NCBI GenBank assembly: GCA_021735645.1
Contig: JAIPGP010000005.1
Coordinates: 1,908 to 65,907 of the forward strand
DNA from: Candidatus Cloacimonadota bacterium
GTDB lineage: Bacteria; Cloacimonadota; Cloacimonadia; Cloacimonadales; TCS61
Length of the DNA stretch: 64,000 nt
Direction of reading: 5' to 3'
The notes beneath the pieces are model-generated. The model worked only from the letters and a program-made list of their open reading frames with translations. It was not told the DNA's origin and did not search any database. This document shows positions 1 to 10,500 of this stretch, piece by piece. The first letter of the stretch is position 1, and the number at the start of each line of letters is the position of its first letter. A program made the translations under genes and the position numbers.

Positions 1-3000
1 TATGGTTAACCTTCCCGCAGAATCCCAGCGGTTATGTGAACACATTTTCCGTCTGGAATACAATGATGGGCGAAGCTTGTGTGGAACTTTGGACGCGAGT
101 ACCACAGCAGATGAGTGCCATATATGAAGACGTAATACCGGAAGGTGCTAATTATTATCAGATAGCAGTAACTGATTCCATAGGCAACCCGGCAGAAGGT
201 GCCTGGGTAACATTGACATCTGAAGACCTGGATTATAAAGAAACCGGATTCTGCAATGCCAGCGGCGTTGTACTTTTGGGCGTGGAAGGTGCAGAGAATG
301 GCGATTATACTTTAGTAGTAACCAAGCATGATCATATTCCGATCATAGAAGAAATATCCATTGAACAGGTAGATTATTTTGTAGATATCAGTGAAGTAAG
401 CTATGATGATGCCGCTGGAAACAATAATGGGAATGTAAATCCTGATGAGAGCGTAGAAATAATGCTGACTCTGGAAAACAGTGGCAGCATGGCATTAAGC
501 GGCGTAATCGCCAGCGTGGAATGCAATAATGATATGATCACGATCACTGGAGATGAAGTAAGTTTTGGTGATATAGCAGCCGGAGCAACAGCCAGTTCCG
601 CAACTGGATTTGGAATAGAAACCTCAGCAGCTATTCAGGGTGGAATCGATGTGAGAATGGATATTACCATCACCGATAGTGATGATAATGAATGGGATAC
701 CTGGCTGATGGTTCCCATTGAAGCACCCAGTCTTTATGCCAGCGCTTATACTATAGCCGGAAATGGTATAATTGATCCGGGAGAGACAGAAGACATCTAT
801 TTTACTTTGACCAATAATGGCAATATGACAGCCAGCGATGTGAGTGGATTACTTACATGTAATAATCAGCGTATAACTATCACAGACGATACTGGCAGCT
901 TTGGCAATATATCAGGCGGAGGCAGTGGAAATAATTCTACGAACCGTTTTACGATAACAGCCAGCAATGCTATCCTGCCGGGGACTTATATTCCCTTTAT
1001 CATTCATCTTACAAATGCTGATGGTTATGATGGATTTGTGACCATGAATGTTCCGATTGGTGAAGCAGGAGTTACTGATCCCTTTGGACCAGATGAATAT
1101 GGTTACTGGTGTTATGATGATGGCGATGTGGATTATGATAAATGCCCGACTTATGACTGGGTGGAAATAGACCCCTATTATGATGGAGATGGCTCACAAC
1201 TTACCTGGATAAATGACGTTGACACTGGTCATGGAGGAGGTGAGGGAATCTATTCCCATCTGGAACTTCCAGAAGACTTTTCATTCGTATTTTATGGTGA
1301 AGAATATGATTTGTTAACAGTGTGCACAAATGGCTGGGTTGCTCCAGGCTACCATGAAACAGCTAATTTTATGAACTATCAGATACCGGGACCGCAGGGA
1401 CCTAGCCCGATGATCGCCCTTTTCTGGGATGATTTGAATGCTCAGGCTAATGAAGTATTCTGGTATTATGATGAAGACCTGCACTATCTGGTGGTAGAAT
1501 GGTCACGTATTATCAATGGTGATACTAGTTCACCTGACACTTTTGAAATGATCCTTTATGATCCTGTCTTCTATCCCACCACAACAGGTGACAGTGAAAT
1601 AAAGTTCCAGTATATGGAAGTTAATAATGATAATGCTGGTTCATATCCCAGTAATCATGGTCAGTATGCTACAGTAGGGCTGGAAAATGAAGATTCGCAG
1701 ATCGGCTTGCAATATACCTTTAATAACAGCTATCCTGAGGCTTGTAAGGCTTTGCAGGATGAGATGGCAATACTTTTCACACCTCCGCCAATCCCGCCGG
1801 ATGGACCTTTCCTGAGCGTTAATAATTACTACGCCTATTCTGGGGATGATGCCTTTATCGAATCTGGAGAAACTGCGGTTCTTTCTATGGTACTGGAAAA
1901 TATGGGTGGAGATTCTGCCTCAAACATTAATGTAGAGATTTCTATAAATGATCCCTATGTGACAGTGGTAGAAAGCAGTGGAAGTTATGGCATGATAGCA
2001 CCAAATGGTTTTGGAACTCTGGAAGATGAGTTTACTTTTGAAGTATCGGAGAGTGTTCCAGATTTCTATGTGTTCTATATAGAAGCCATCATAAGCTGCG
2101 ATGAAGACAGCTGGAACTGGATGCTTCCCTTTACAGCGTATCTGCCAAACACTTTTGCAGTGGATCAGGATAGCATTTATTATCACCTGGAACCACAACA
2201 AACAGGCAGTCAGACATTTACTTTGAGCAATATTGGTGATCTGCCGGTTAATTTTTATATCCGAACAGATGAGACTACTCCAATGGGTCGTGATATTAGC
2301 GGTTCTGTGATCACCTGTGATACAGATTCATTCACCCCCGGAGAAGAGGCAACCTGGACATTCTCAGTGCTGAATGCTGCGCCAGATGGCGAATGGGTCT
2401 CTGATGTCTGGTTAGATTTCCCGCTGGGAGTTACCGTGCTTGATGCCAGTGATGTAGTTGGCGGTTCGGGTGGAGATATGATCTGGGATGGTACAACCGG
2501 ATCGGGTGCTTATGTAAACTGGCATGGACTGACACCTTATGACTGGGGAGTATTGCATGATGCCGAGGTAGGTGTCTGGGAAGTAGATGTGCTGTTAAGC
2601 ACAGAGTTTGCCGGAGATATGACCTTTGGCTGGGAGATAGGCGGAGATGGTTTTGGAGAGGAGCCTCATAACGTAACGGGAGAGATCAATATGCTTTATC
2701 CCTTGAGATGGATAAATCTTGATACTTCTTCGGGCACTATAGAAGACGGCGAAGATTTAGAAATAACAATAAACTATGATACTAATGATATAGAGGAAGG
2801 CATTCATACCTGCGATATCGTAATCACCTGTGACAGCTGGGATACCAAGATAGTAAATGTGGTTTTTGATGTAAGTTTCAATAATGACAACGATGAGGAA
2901 CTGCCAGAGGCAGTTGAACTTTCAGGAAACTATCCCAATCCCTTTAATCCTGAAACAGAGATCAAGTTCATGTTGCCAGATAATGCTAATGTAAACCTTT

Positions 3001-3185
3001 CAGTGTATAATTTGAAGGGACAGCTTGTGAAAACTCTAAGTGACAGTTACATGCCGGCAGGAAATCATTCCCTGGTCTGGTATGGCAGTGATAATAATGG
3101 CAGGCAGGTGGGCAGTGGAGTATATTTCTATAAATTATCTACCGGCACAACGAGCCAGACAAGAAAAATGGTCTTACTTAAGTAA
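1..3185 (+). CDS. 3' ~1060 codons of a giant peptidase C25 (gingipain)-family-like surface protein paralogue with T9SS-type C-terminal sorting domain; 5' end cut by window edge
   Basis: The reading frame is open from nt 3 (WLTFPQNPSGYVNTFSVWNTMMGEACVELWTRVPQQM). It is colinear with roughly residues 540-1588 of the two full-length paralogues downstream. The C-terminus NYPNPFNPETEIKF...GVYFYKL...RKMVLLK fits the Por/T9SS CTD pattern. Confidence 0.85.
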   Translation, partial: WLTFPQNPSGYVNTFSVWNTMMGEACVELWTRVPQQMSAIYEDVIPEGANYYQIAVTDSIGNPAEGAWVTLTSEDLDYKETGFCNASGVVLLGVEGAENGDYTLVVTKHDHIPIIEEISIEQVDYFVDISEVSYDDAAGNNNGNVNPDESVEIMLTLENSGSMALSGVIASVECNNDMITITGDEVSFGDIAAGATASSATGFGIETSAAIQGGIDVRMDITITDSDDNEWDTWLMVPIEAPSLYASAYTIAGNGIIDPGETEDIYFTLTNNGNMTASDVSGLLTCNNQRITITDDTGSFGNISGGGSGNNSTNRFTITASNAILPGTYIPFIIHLTNADGYDGFVTMNVPIGEAGVTDPFGPDEYGYWCYDDGDVDYDKCPTYDWVEIDPYYDGDGSQLTWINDVDTGHGGGEGIYSHLELPEDFSFVFYGEEYDLLTVCTNGWVAPGYHETANFMNYQIPGPQGPSPMIALFWDDLNAQANEVFWYYDEDLHYLVVEWSRIINGDTSSPDTFEMILYDPVFYPTTTGDSEIKFQYMEVNNDNAGSYPSNHGQYATVGLENEDSQIGLQYTFNNSYPEACKALQDEMAILFTPPPIPPDGPFLSVNNYYAYSGDDAFIESGETAVLSMVLENMGGDSASNINVEISINDPYVTVVESSGSYGMIAPNGFGTLEDEFTFEVSESVPDFYVFYIEAIISCDEDSWNWMLPFTAYLPNTFAVDQDSIYYHLEPQQTGSQTFTLSNIGDLPVNFYIRTDETTPMGRDISGSVITCDTDSFTPGEEATWTFSVLNAAPDGEWVSDVWLDFPLGVTVLDASDVVGGSGGDMIWDGTTGSGAYVNWHGLTPYDWGVLHDAEVGVWEVDVLLSTEFAGDMTFGWEIGGDGFGEEPHNVTGEINMLYPLRWINLDTSSGTIEDGEDLEITINYDTNDIEEGIHTCDIVITCDSWDTKIVNVVFDVSFNNDNDEELPEAVELSGNYPNPFNPETEIKFMLPDNANVNLSVYNLKGQLVKTLSDSYMPAGNHSLVWYGSDNNGRQVGSGVYFYKLSTGTTSQTRKMVLLK

Positions 3186-3206
3186 GATAATCTAAATAAA
3201 TAATAA

Positions 3207-3241
3207 AAGGATCAGGTATTATTACCTGATCCTTTTTTTTA
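3207..3241 (+). terminator. Rho-independent terminator after paralogue 1
   Basis: Hairpin AAAGGATCAGGTA / TACCTGATCCTTT followed by a T8 run, about 20 nt after the stop codon. Confidence 0.75.
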
Positions 3242-3676
3242 TGTCATCCAGAAACTCTGGAAGTATGTTTCAGCAACTATCTATAGATACGTTGTAATAA
3301 TATAAGTTAACAATAACGATAAAGAAAGGAGCGAATTCAGGAAATGAAACACTTGTAACCCACAGGGAAGCCACTCGGAGGGTACTTGGGGTTATTTGGA
3401 GTAAAAATAAATTAGTTAACTTCATATAAAACATGACATTTAGGCATCAAGGGACATTCTTTGGTGGAAAACTGGTAATATGAAACACCTGGACTAATAT
3501 TTTGAGCGGTTGAAAAGTGAAATATAATAATAGAACTCTTGTACTATGGGAAGTGGAAGAAGCCACAACCTTGCATGAAGGGAATAAATTGGATTAATAG
3601 ATTTATCTGATAAATTACAAAGATTTTTCTTTATTTGATTTTCCATTATACTATATAAAAAATACAGGGAGATAAA

Positions 3677-4360
3677 ATGAAGACTGTAATATTCATATTG
3701 AGCATGATAAGTGTGCTTTTTCTATCTGGCGTCAGTCAGTCTGCTGATATATTGGAACAATTAAAAAATAATGAAGATTGGAAAGTGATCAAAGATGATG
3801 CTGAAACGCAATTCCGTAGAAAGCCGCTGCGGGGATTTGATTTGTATGCTCTGGAGATCAGCAGGGAAGTGAAAGTTTCGCCTGGTCAGGTATTTGCGGT
3901 GCTCTTAGACGTAGCCAGTTACCCGGAAGTACTGGCAGATAATGATCTACTGGAAGCAGAAGAAGTAGAGCGTGACCCTGAGCAGATAATCGGTTATCAA
4001 TTTGCGCGTCTGCCTCTGGTATCGAACCGGCATTACCTTTTTAGTTTTGATTTAACGGCATATGAGCAGAGCTTGAAAGCGGGGGCAATGAACCTGCACT
4101 GGACTTTACTGGAGCCGGACGGGAAATATTCCGGATTTATAAAGGCTAAAGAGGAGTTGAATAATAATCCGATCTATATCGCAAATGGGGCGGGGTTATG
4201 GATGATTCGAGAAGTAGAAGACGGTGTGTATGAGAATGTATATCGATTATATCTTGATCCGGCAGGCTGGATGCCGGGCTGGCTGGTGAACAGTTTTAAC
4301 CAGAAGAATCTGGAGCAGTTATTTAATAGAGTCTTAGCAGCAGCAGAAAAAAGGAGCTAA
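3677..4360 (+). CDS. Secreted START/SRPBCC-like lipid-binding domain protein
   Basis: GGGAG SD upstream of the ATG and an N-terminal signal peptide (MKTVIFILSMISVLFLSG). The ~200-aa body resembles a START fold by motif recall (WKVIKDD..., PLVSNRHYLF, LDPAGWMPGWLVN). Its stop lies 2 nt before the next gene. Confidence 0.55.
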   Translation: MKTVIFILSMISVLFLSGVSQSADILEQLKNNEDWKVIKDDAETQFRRKPLRGFDLYALEISREVKVSPGQVFAVLLDVASYPEVLADNDLLEAEEVERDPEQIIGYQFARLPLVSNRHYLFSFDLTAYEQSLKAGAMNLHWTLLEPDGKYSGFIKAKEELNNNPIYIANGAGLWMIREVEDGVYENVYRLYLDPAGWMPGWLVNSFNQKNLEQLFNRVLAAAEKRS

Positions 4361-4362
4361 AA

Positions 4363-4881
4363 ATGAGAATATTAATTATCCTGGCATTATTACTGGTTTT
4401 ATCGGGTTGCAGAAATGATCACAGCGATCAAACGGTTGCTGGAGTAAATCTGGAGAAATTTATGGGGGACTGGTATGTGATATCAATTTTACCAAATTCG
4501 ATCGAGAAGAACGCGGTAAATTCCATCGAGTCCTATCAATTGACTGAAAAGGGTGATGTGGATATAACCTATACATTTTATCAGGGTTCACCTAAGGGTA
4601 AAAAGAAGGTGATGCACCCGAAAGCAACAATATATAACCGGGAATCCAATTCCGAGTGGCGCGTAAAGTTTTTGGGTTTATTTAAATTTCCCTATCTGAT
4701 AATCTGGCTAGATGATGACTATGAGACCACCGTGATCGGTGTACCAAATAAGAAATATGCCTGGATAATGAGTCGTAGTCCGGAGATAGAGAGCGAAAAA
4801 TATGGACAGATATTAACCCGAATGAGAGAATTGGGTTATGAAGTAGATAAGTTGAAGGAAATTCCGCAGATATGGGAGTAG
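4363..4881 (+). CDS. blc: Bacterial lipocalin (Blc-like) lipoprotein
   Basis: AGGAG SD; lipobox LVLSGC; lipocalin signature FMGDWYVI near the N-terminus; size ~170 aa. Confidence 0.75.
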   Translation: MRILIILALLLVLSGCRNDHSDQTVAGVNLEKFMGDWYVISILPNSIEKNAVNSIESYQLTEKGDVDITYTFYQGSPKGKKKVMHPKATIYNRESNSEWRVKFLGLFKFPYLIIWLDDDYETTVIGVPNKKYAWIMSRSPEIESEKYGQILTRMRELGYEVDKLKEIPQIWE

Positions 4882-4884
4882 ATA

Positions 4885-6654
4885 TTGATAAAATATATAG
4901 ATGGCAGGCGTTTATATAGGGCATTTTTAGCCGGTAGTCACAGAGTGCTATCCCAGCGTGAATATTTGAATGAGATCAATGTGTTTCCGGTAGCAGATGC
5001 AGATACAGGAGCCAATCTGGCAGCGACTTTGAAAAACATCATAAGTGTGAGTGAATTTGATCTCAGTCTGAAAGCAACAGTGAGGAATATGGCAGAAACC
5101 GCTTTAGCAATGGCGAGGGGCAATTCCGGCATCATATTTTCCCAATTTCTATATGGTATAAGTGAGGAACTTGAATCAGAGAGACGTCAAACGATAAGGA
5201 CATTTTCTCAGGCATTGCAACGAGCTGTAGGCTATATGTATAAATCGCTGCTGAATCCGGTAGAAGGGACAATGATCACAGTGATAAGAGAATGGGTAGA
5301 AAGCCTGCACAATCTATCACAGAAAAGCCTTGATATGGCACATGTCCTGGAGCAATCGCTTCTTAAAGCTCGCGAATCATTGGCAAAAACACCTGCCCGG
5401 CTGGCGATTCTTAAAAAAGCTGGAGTTGTTGACGCTGGAGGAATGGGATTCGTATTATTTTTAGAAGGCATAATTCATTATTTGAAGACTGGTAAGCTGG
5501 AAATGGCAGAAATGCAGCAACAGGTAGCTCATTTAGAACATCATGAGTCAGAAAATTTAGGGCAATATAGATACTGCTGCGAAACATTGCTGTCTGATTT
5601 AACTGAAGAGCCGTCAGAGATTGTGAACAAAATATCCAGGTATGGAGATTCGGTGGTAATCGCTGGAGGCAGGAAGATGCTTCATATGCATTTACACAGC
5701 AATGCACCAACGGAGGTATTTCATTACTTATCTCAGGCAGCAAATATCAGCAGCGTAAAAGTTGACGATATGCATTGGCAGCATGAAATCCAGGAAAGGC
5801 GAAAATATAAGATAGGATTAGTCACAGATAGTGCTGCTGATTTTCCTCTGGAACTGAAGGAAAAATACCAGATCAATACCATACCGATCAAGCTGATCTT
5901 TGGTGAAGATATTTATCTGGATAAAGTAACTATTGATCCGCCAGCCTTTTATAAAAAAATAGAAAGTGGAGGCGACTTTCCTCACAGCTCCCAGCCGGAC
6001 CCGGCCCAGGTTAGTGCCAGTATTGATTTTGTGCGATCGCATTATTCTGAAGTAATCTGTATATCCATATCAAGTCAATTATCAGGAATTTATAATCTGA
6101 TGCAGCAGTCAATAAGTGAGAAGCAGGCAATATCGGTATTTGATTCGCGGCATTTATCGGTAAGTGAAGGTTTACTGGTACTTAGGGTGGCAGCAGCAAT
6201 AGAAGCAGGCATTCCTTATTCCGGGATAATCGATCAAATCCCATCCTGGCGTGAAGGTTGCTGGATATTTACAGATATACATTCTTTAAGTTATATGGTG
6301 AGAGGAGGACGCGTAAGCCCTTTGAAGGGTAAAATTGCCCGGTTCTTAAATCTGAAACCAATCGTCTCTGTAGATAGTAGCGGCAAGGGAATCGCCTGGG
6401 GCAAATCATTTTCGCGGCAGGCAAATATGAAGAAGATCATTAAACTGGTTCAGGAAAAAAGCAGTGCCGGCAGGTTATGGAATTATGCCATAGTTCACGC
6501 TCAAAATCCTGACAGAGCAGAGAAATATGCCGTTCAACTGGAAAAATTATTAAATAAAAAACCTCTATATATAATGGAAATCAGCCCTGTAGTGGGCGTC
6601 CATAATGGACCCGGAGCCTGTGCGGTGGGTTTATTAGTGGAAAAGGAGAAATAA
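4885..6654 (+). CDS. Fusion protein: DAK2/DhaL-like (FakA N-terminal-type) domain plus DegV (FakB-type) fatty-acid-binding domain
   Basis: TTG start 7 nt after a GGGAG. The N-terminal half carries the Dak2 signature ([41 protein letters not shown]). From about aa 308 it is DegV-like ([13 protein letters not shown]...[10 protein letters not shown]...SSQLSGIYN...[12 protein letters not shown]...KPIVS). Confidence 0.8.
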   Translation: MIKYIDGRRLYRAFLAGSHRVLSQREYLNEINVFPVADADTGANLAATLKNIISVSEFDLSLKATVRNMAETALAMARGNSGIIFSQFLYGISEELESERRQTIRTFSQALQRAVGYMYKSLLNPVEGTMITVIREWVESLHNLSQKSLDMAHVLEQSLLKARESLAKTPARLAILKKAGVVDAGGMGFVLFLEGIIHYLKTGKLEMAEMQQQVAHLEHHESENLGQYRYCCETLLSDLTEEPSEIVNKISRYGDSVVIAGGRKMLHMHLHSNAPTEVFHYLSQAANISSVKVDDMHWQHEIQERRKYKIGLVTDSAADFPLELKEKYQINTIPIKLIFGEDIYLDKVTIDPPAFYKKIESGGDFPHSSQPDPAQVSASIDFVRSHYSEVICISISSQLSGIYNLMQQSISEKQAISVFDSRHLSVSEGLLVLRVAAAIEAGIPYSGIIDQIPSWREGCWIFTDIHSLSYMVRGGRVSPLKGKIARFLNLKPIVSVDSSGKGIAWGKSFSRQANMKKIIKLVQEKSSAGRLWNYAIVHAQNPDRAEKYAVQLEKLLNKKPLYIMEISPVVGVHNGPGACAVGLLVEKEK

Positions 6655-7424
6655 TGTGTTGTTATAAAACAGCAATAATAGCTTTATTAGCATATATGTC
6701 CATTGGCTGGGTAATCGCCCAGCTAAAGAAGGATAATTCCATAGCAGACATTTTTTGGGGATTAGGATTCGTTTTAGTTGCCTATGTATCTTTATTTTCA
6801 AGTGCTTTATATACACACCGTCAATTAATAGTTACAGCTTTGGTAACTATCTGGGGATTTCGTTTATTTTTTTATATCAGCCTGAGGAACTGGAACAAAG
6901 GCGAGGATTTTCGATATCAGGCGATGCGTCTTAGATGGGGCAAGTGGCAGGCGTTCCGGGCATACACAGATGTTTTTATCTTGCAGGGGATATTTCTATT
7001 TGTGGTAGCGCTGCCTATGCTTATAGTAAATTCTTCTGCGGATGCTAGCCTTAAATGGACAGATTATCTGGGGATAGCAGTCTGGATAGCAGGTTTTATC
7101 TTTGAAGTAGTGGGAGATGCCCAGTTAAAGGCATTTATCCGGAATCCGGCAAATAAAGGGAAATTAATGACCAAAGGACTGTGGAGCTGGACACGTCATC
7201 CCAATTATTTTGGTGAAGCAAAAATGTGGTGGGGACTGGCAATCATAGCTTTTGGTGCTGATCAGAGCTGGAAAGTATTGATCAGTCCGGTATTTATAAC
7301 ATTTCTGCTGCTATTCGTGAGCGGAGTTCCATTATTGGAGAAGAAATATGCCCAGCGTTCCGATTTTCAGGAGTATAAAAAGCGAACCAGCAGATTTTTT
7401 CCTTTGCCTCCCCGGAAGAAATAA
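6654..7424 (+). CDS. DUF1295 / steroid 5-alpha-reductase-ICMT-like polytopic membrane protein
   Basis: AAGGAG SD; TAATG overlap with the upstream stop; multiple TM segments; motif [14 protein letters not shown] typical of this family. Confidence 0.7.
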   Translation: MCCYKTAIIALLAYMSIGWVIAQLKKDNSIADIFWGLGFVLVAYVSLFSSALYTHRQLIVTALVTIWGFRLFFYISLRNWNKGEDFRYQAMRLRWGKWQAFRAYTDVFILQGIFLFVVALPMLIVNSSADASLKWTDYLGIAVWIAGFIFEVVGDAQLKAFIRNPANKGKLMTKGLWSWTRHPNYFGEAKMWWGLAIIAFGADQSWKVLISPVFITFLLLFVSGVPLLEKKYAQRSDFQEYKKRTSRFFPLPPRKK

Positions 7425-7535
7425 AAAAGCGTTATTTTAGATACTTTGATCACAATCGCATAAATCACGGTCAATTGGCATGATAATTGCTTGTATATTT
7501 GTAGCTTAAAGAAATATTAAGGAAAAGGAAGTAAT

Positions 7536-10500
7536 ATGAAAAAGTTTTTTGTTTTTGCGATAGTTATGCTGATTGGCATATCACTATTCGGTGCCTGGGT
7601 GACAATACCCGAACATGACGGTGCAGAGCTGGTAAAATATACTCAGCCTGAGCGGGGAAATATCTCCCTGGAATTTAATCTGGATGGTTACCAGTTAGAG
7701 CAGATTGTCAAATCTGGTAACAGTTACTCACAGATAAGTTACCCTGAAGAAGGAAAGATTCTGGAAATAGGTATGCCGGATCTGCCGGTATTTACGCGGT
7801 TGATAGCAATCCCAGATGAAGGAACTGCTACTTTGACTATCACATCATCAAGTTCCCGTATTATCAAAGATATCACGGTATATCCGCAGGAAGAGCTGCT
7901 CACTGAGAGTGAACCCATAAGAGAGACATTTAGCATTAATGCAGAATATTATCAGACCGGTGGAATCTATCCGGCTGCTTTAGCTGAATTAGGCGAACCG
8001 GCAATTATGCGAGACCTGCGTCTGGTGAAAGTCACATTTTGCCCGTTCCAGTATAACGCAGCCAAACGCGAACTGACCATCCATGAAAATATAATTGTAG
8101 AAGTAGAAACTTCCGGCAGAGGCGGGATCAATGCCAAAACAGCAGACCGTCCACGCTCCCGTGCTTTCACTAATATTTATCAATCACAGGTATTGAATTA
8201 TGCCGAAGTGGCAAATTTGCGGGAAGATTATCAAAGACCGGCAATATTATTTATTTATCCTGATAATACAACCGTGGAAAATAGTCTGGAATACCTGCTG
8301 GACTGGAAAGATAAGAAAGGGTATGACGTGAGTGCCGCCCATACAGGGGAAACCGGAACTTCAAATACATCTATCAAGAATTATATTCAGGACGCTTATG
8401 ATGACTGGACAAATCCTCCTGAATTTGTAGTGCTGGTGGGAGATGCCAATGGCAGTGTTGCCATACCGTCCTGGACGGAGACCTGGAGCTGGTATAGTGG
8501 AATTGGAGATCAGCCTTATTCACAGCTTGCTGGTAATGATGTGCTGGCTGATGTGCTGGTGGGGCGTTTATCTGTGAACAGTGTAAGTGAATTGCAGACC
8601 ATGATCGCTAAATCTATCAACTATGAACGTGATCCTTATATGGGAAATACAGACTGGTTTGAGCGGGCAATTTTAGTAGGAGACCCATCTCACTCAGGTC
8701 CATCTACCGTTTCTACCTGTAAAGCAGTAAAAACCTATATTCAGAATTATAATGATGATTTTACTTTTAATGAGACCTATACCAGTAACTGGGATACGGG
8801 CTTATCCAATGGCATCAACCAGGGTGGCTCATTTGTCTGCTACCGTGGTTATATAGGCATGAGCGGCTGGGATACCGGAGATATTAATGCTCTCACAAAT
8901 GGCTGGATGCTGCCTTTGGGCTGCATTCTCACCTGTTCAACGGGAAGTTTTGACGGCACAGCAAATAGCGAAGTTTTTGCCAAAGCAGGTTCAGCAACAG
9001 TTCCTAAAGGCGCTATCGCTGCTTACGGCACCGCAACATCCGGGACGCATACCTGCTTTAATAACAGCGTAACTTCCGGAATATACTATGGTATCTTTAT
9101 CGATCACATCTTTAATCCTGGTGGAGCTTTAGTGCGTGGTAAACTTAATCTTTATACGCAATATCCGCAAAATCCCAGTAATTATGTGGACATCTTCTCT
9201 CACTGGAACAACCTGATGGGTGACCCTTCCGTGCAATTATGGACTGGAGTACCTCAGCAAATGACCGTGTTTTATGAAGATGAAGTAGCCGCCGGTACAA
9301 ATTATATGCAGATAGTTGTCCTTGATCCTGCCGGAACACCGTTGCAGGGTGCCTGGGTTACTGCCCGTGGTAATGACTATTATCAAACCGGTTTTACTGA
9401 TATTAATGGTGTATATTATCTTGATGTTCAGGATACAGAAATTGGTGAAGATTATGAATTAACAGTTTCCTCTCATAACTGCCTGATCTTTGAAGAAGAA
9501 TTCACCGTAGAACTGGCAGATATCTATCTTGATATTGAGAATCTGGTTTTAAATGATGACGGTGGAGATGGCATAGCTAATCCTGGTGAAAACATCATCC
9601 TGGAATTAACAATAAATAACTATGGCACTAATCCTGCCACTTCTGTAGAAGCCAGCCTGGAATCATTTAATGATCTGGTGACAGTCACCTCTGCCACAAC
9701 TCAATTAGACGACATCGCAGTAGGAGAATCTGTGAATAACAATGACCTGACAATATCAATTGATCCAGCTGCACTGGGAAGCATGACTATTCAATTGAAT
9801 CTTACCCTTGATAGTGATCAGGGAACCTGGATAGCTCCAATATTTTTGTCTATAGAAGGTGCTGTGCTGGAAATCACTGATTACACAGTAGTAGATGCAA
9901 ACGGTGTGATTGATCCCGGTGAAACCCGCGAAATATATTTTGATATTACCAATCTGGGTGAAATAACTGCTATGAATGTAACCGGAGAACTGGAATGCCT
10001 GAATCGCCGTATCACGATTATTGACAGTCTGGCAGATTTTGGTTCCGTGATGCCTGGAGATGACGTAAACAACTACAATGACCGCTATGAAATCACAGCC
10101 AGCAGTGCTATCCTGCCGGGTTCACAAATACCTGTAAGCATTCATTTCACAAATGCAAACGGCTATGATGCCATGGCAGCTTTTATGATAGAAGTAGGCA
10201 TAGTAACTGTATCTGATCCTCTGGGTCCCGATGATTATGGCTATTACTGCTATGATGATGAAGATAGTGATTATGATAAATGCCCGGAATATGACTGGAT
10301 AGAGATCAATGATATTGGTGATGATACTGGTTTATATGTTACCAATGTTCCTCAGGATGATTGCGATATTGAAAATATTGATTTCCCTGCCGATTTCACA
10401 TTTGTATTTTATGGTGAAGAATATGATATGTTCACAGTGGCTACTGCCGGTTGGATCAGCCCAGGTGGAACAGAGGTGAAATCATTTATGAATTGGACAG

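Noticed and set aside
3344-3500. Two mini-ORFs (MKHL* at about 3345 with an AGGAG SD, and MKHLD* at about 3481) in the long leader of the lipid cluster. There is also a similar AACACCTG.ACT motif at about 21620.
   Set aside because: They are too short and the similarity too weak (about 12 of 14 nt) to distinguish from chance without comparative data. I kept them only as a note.
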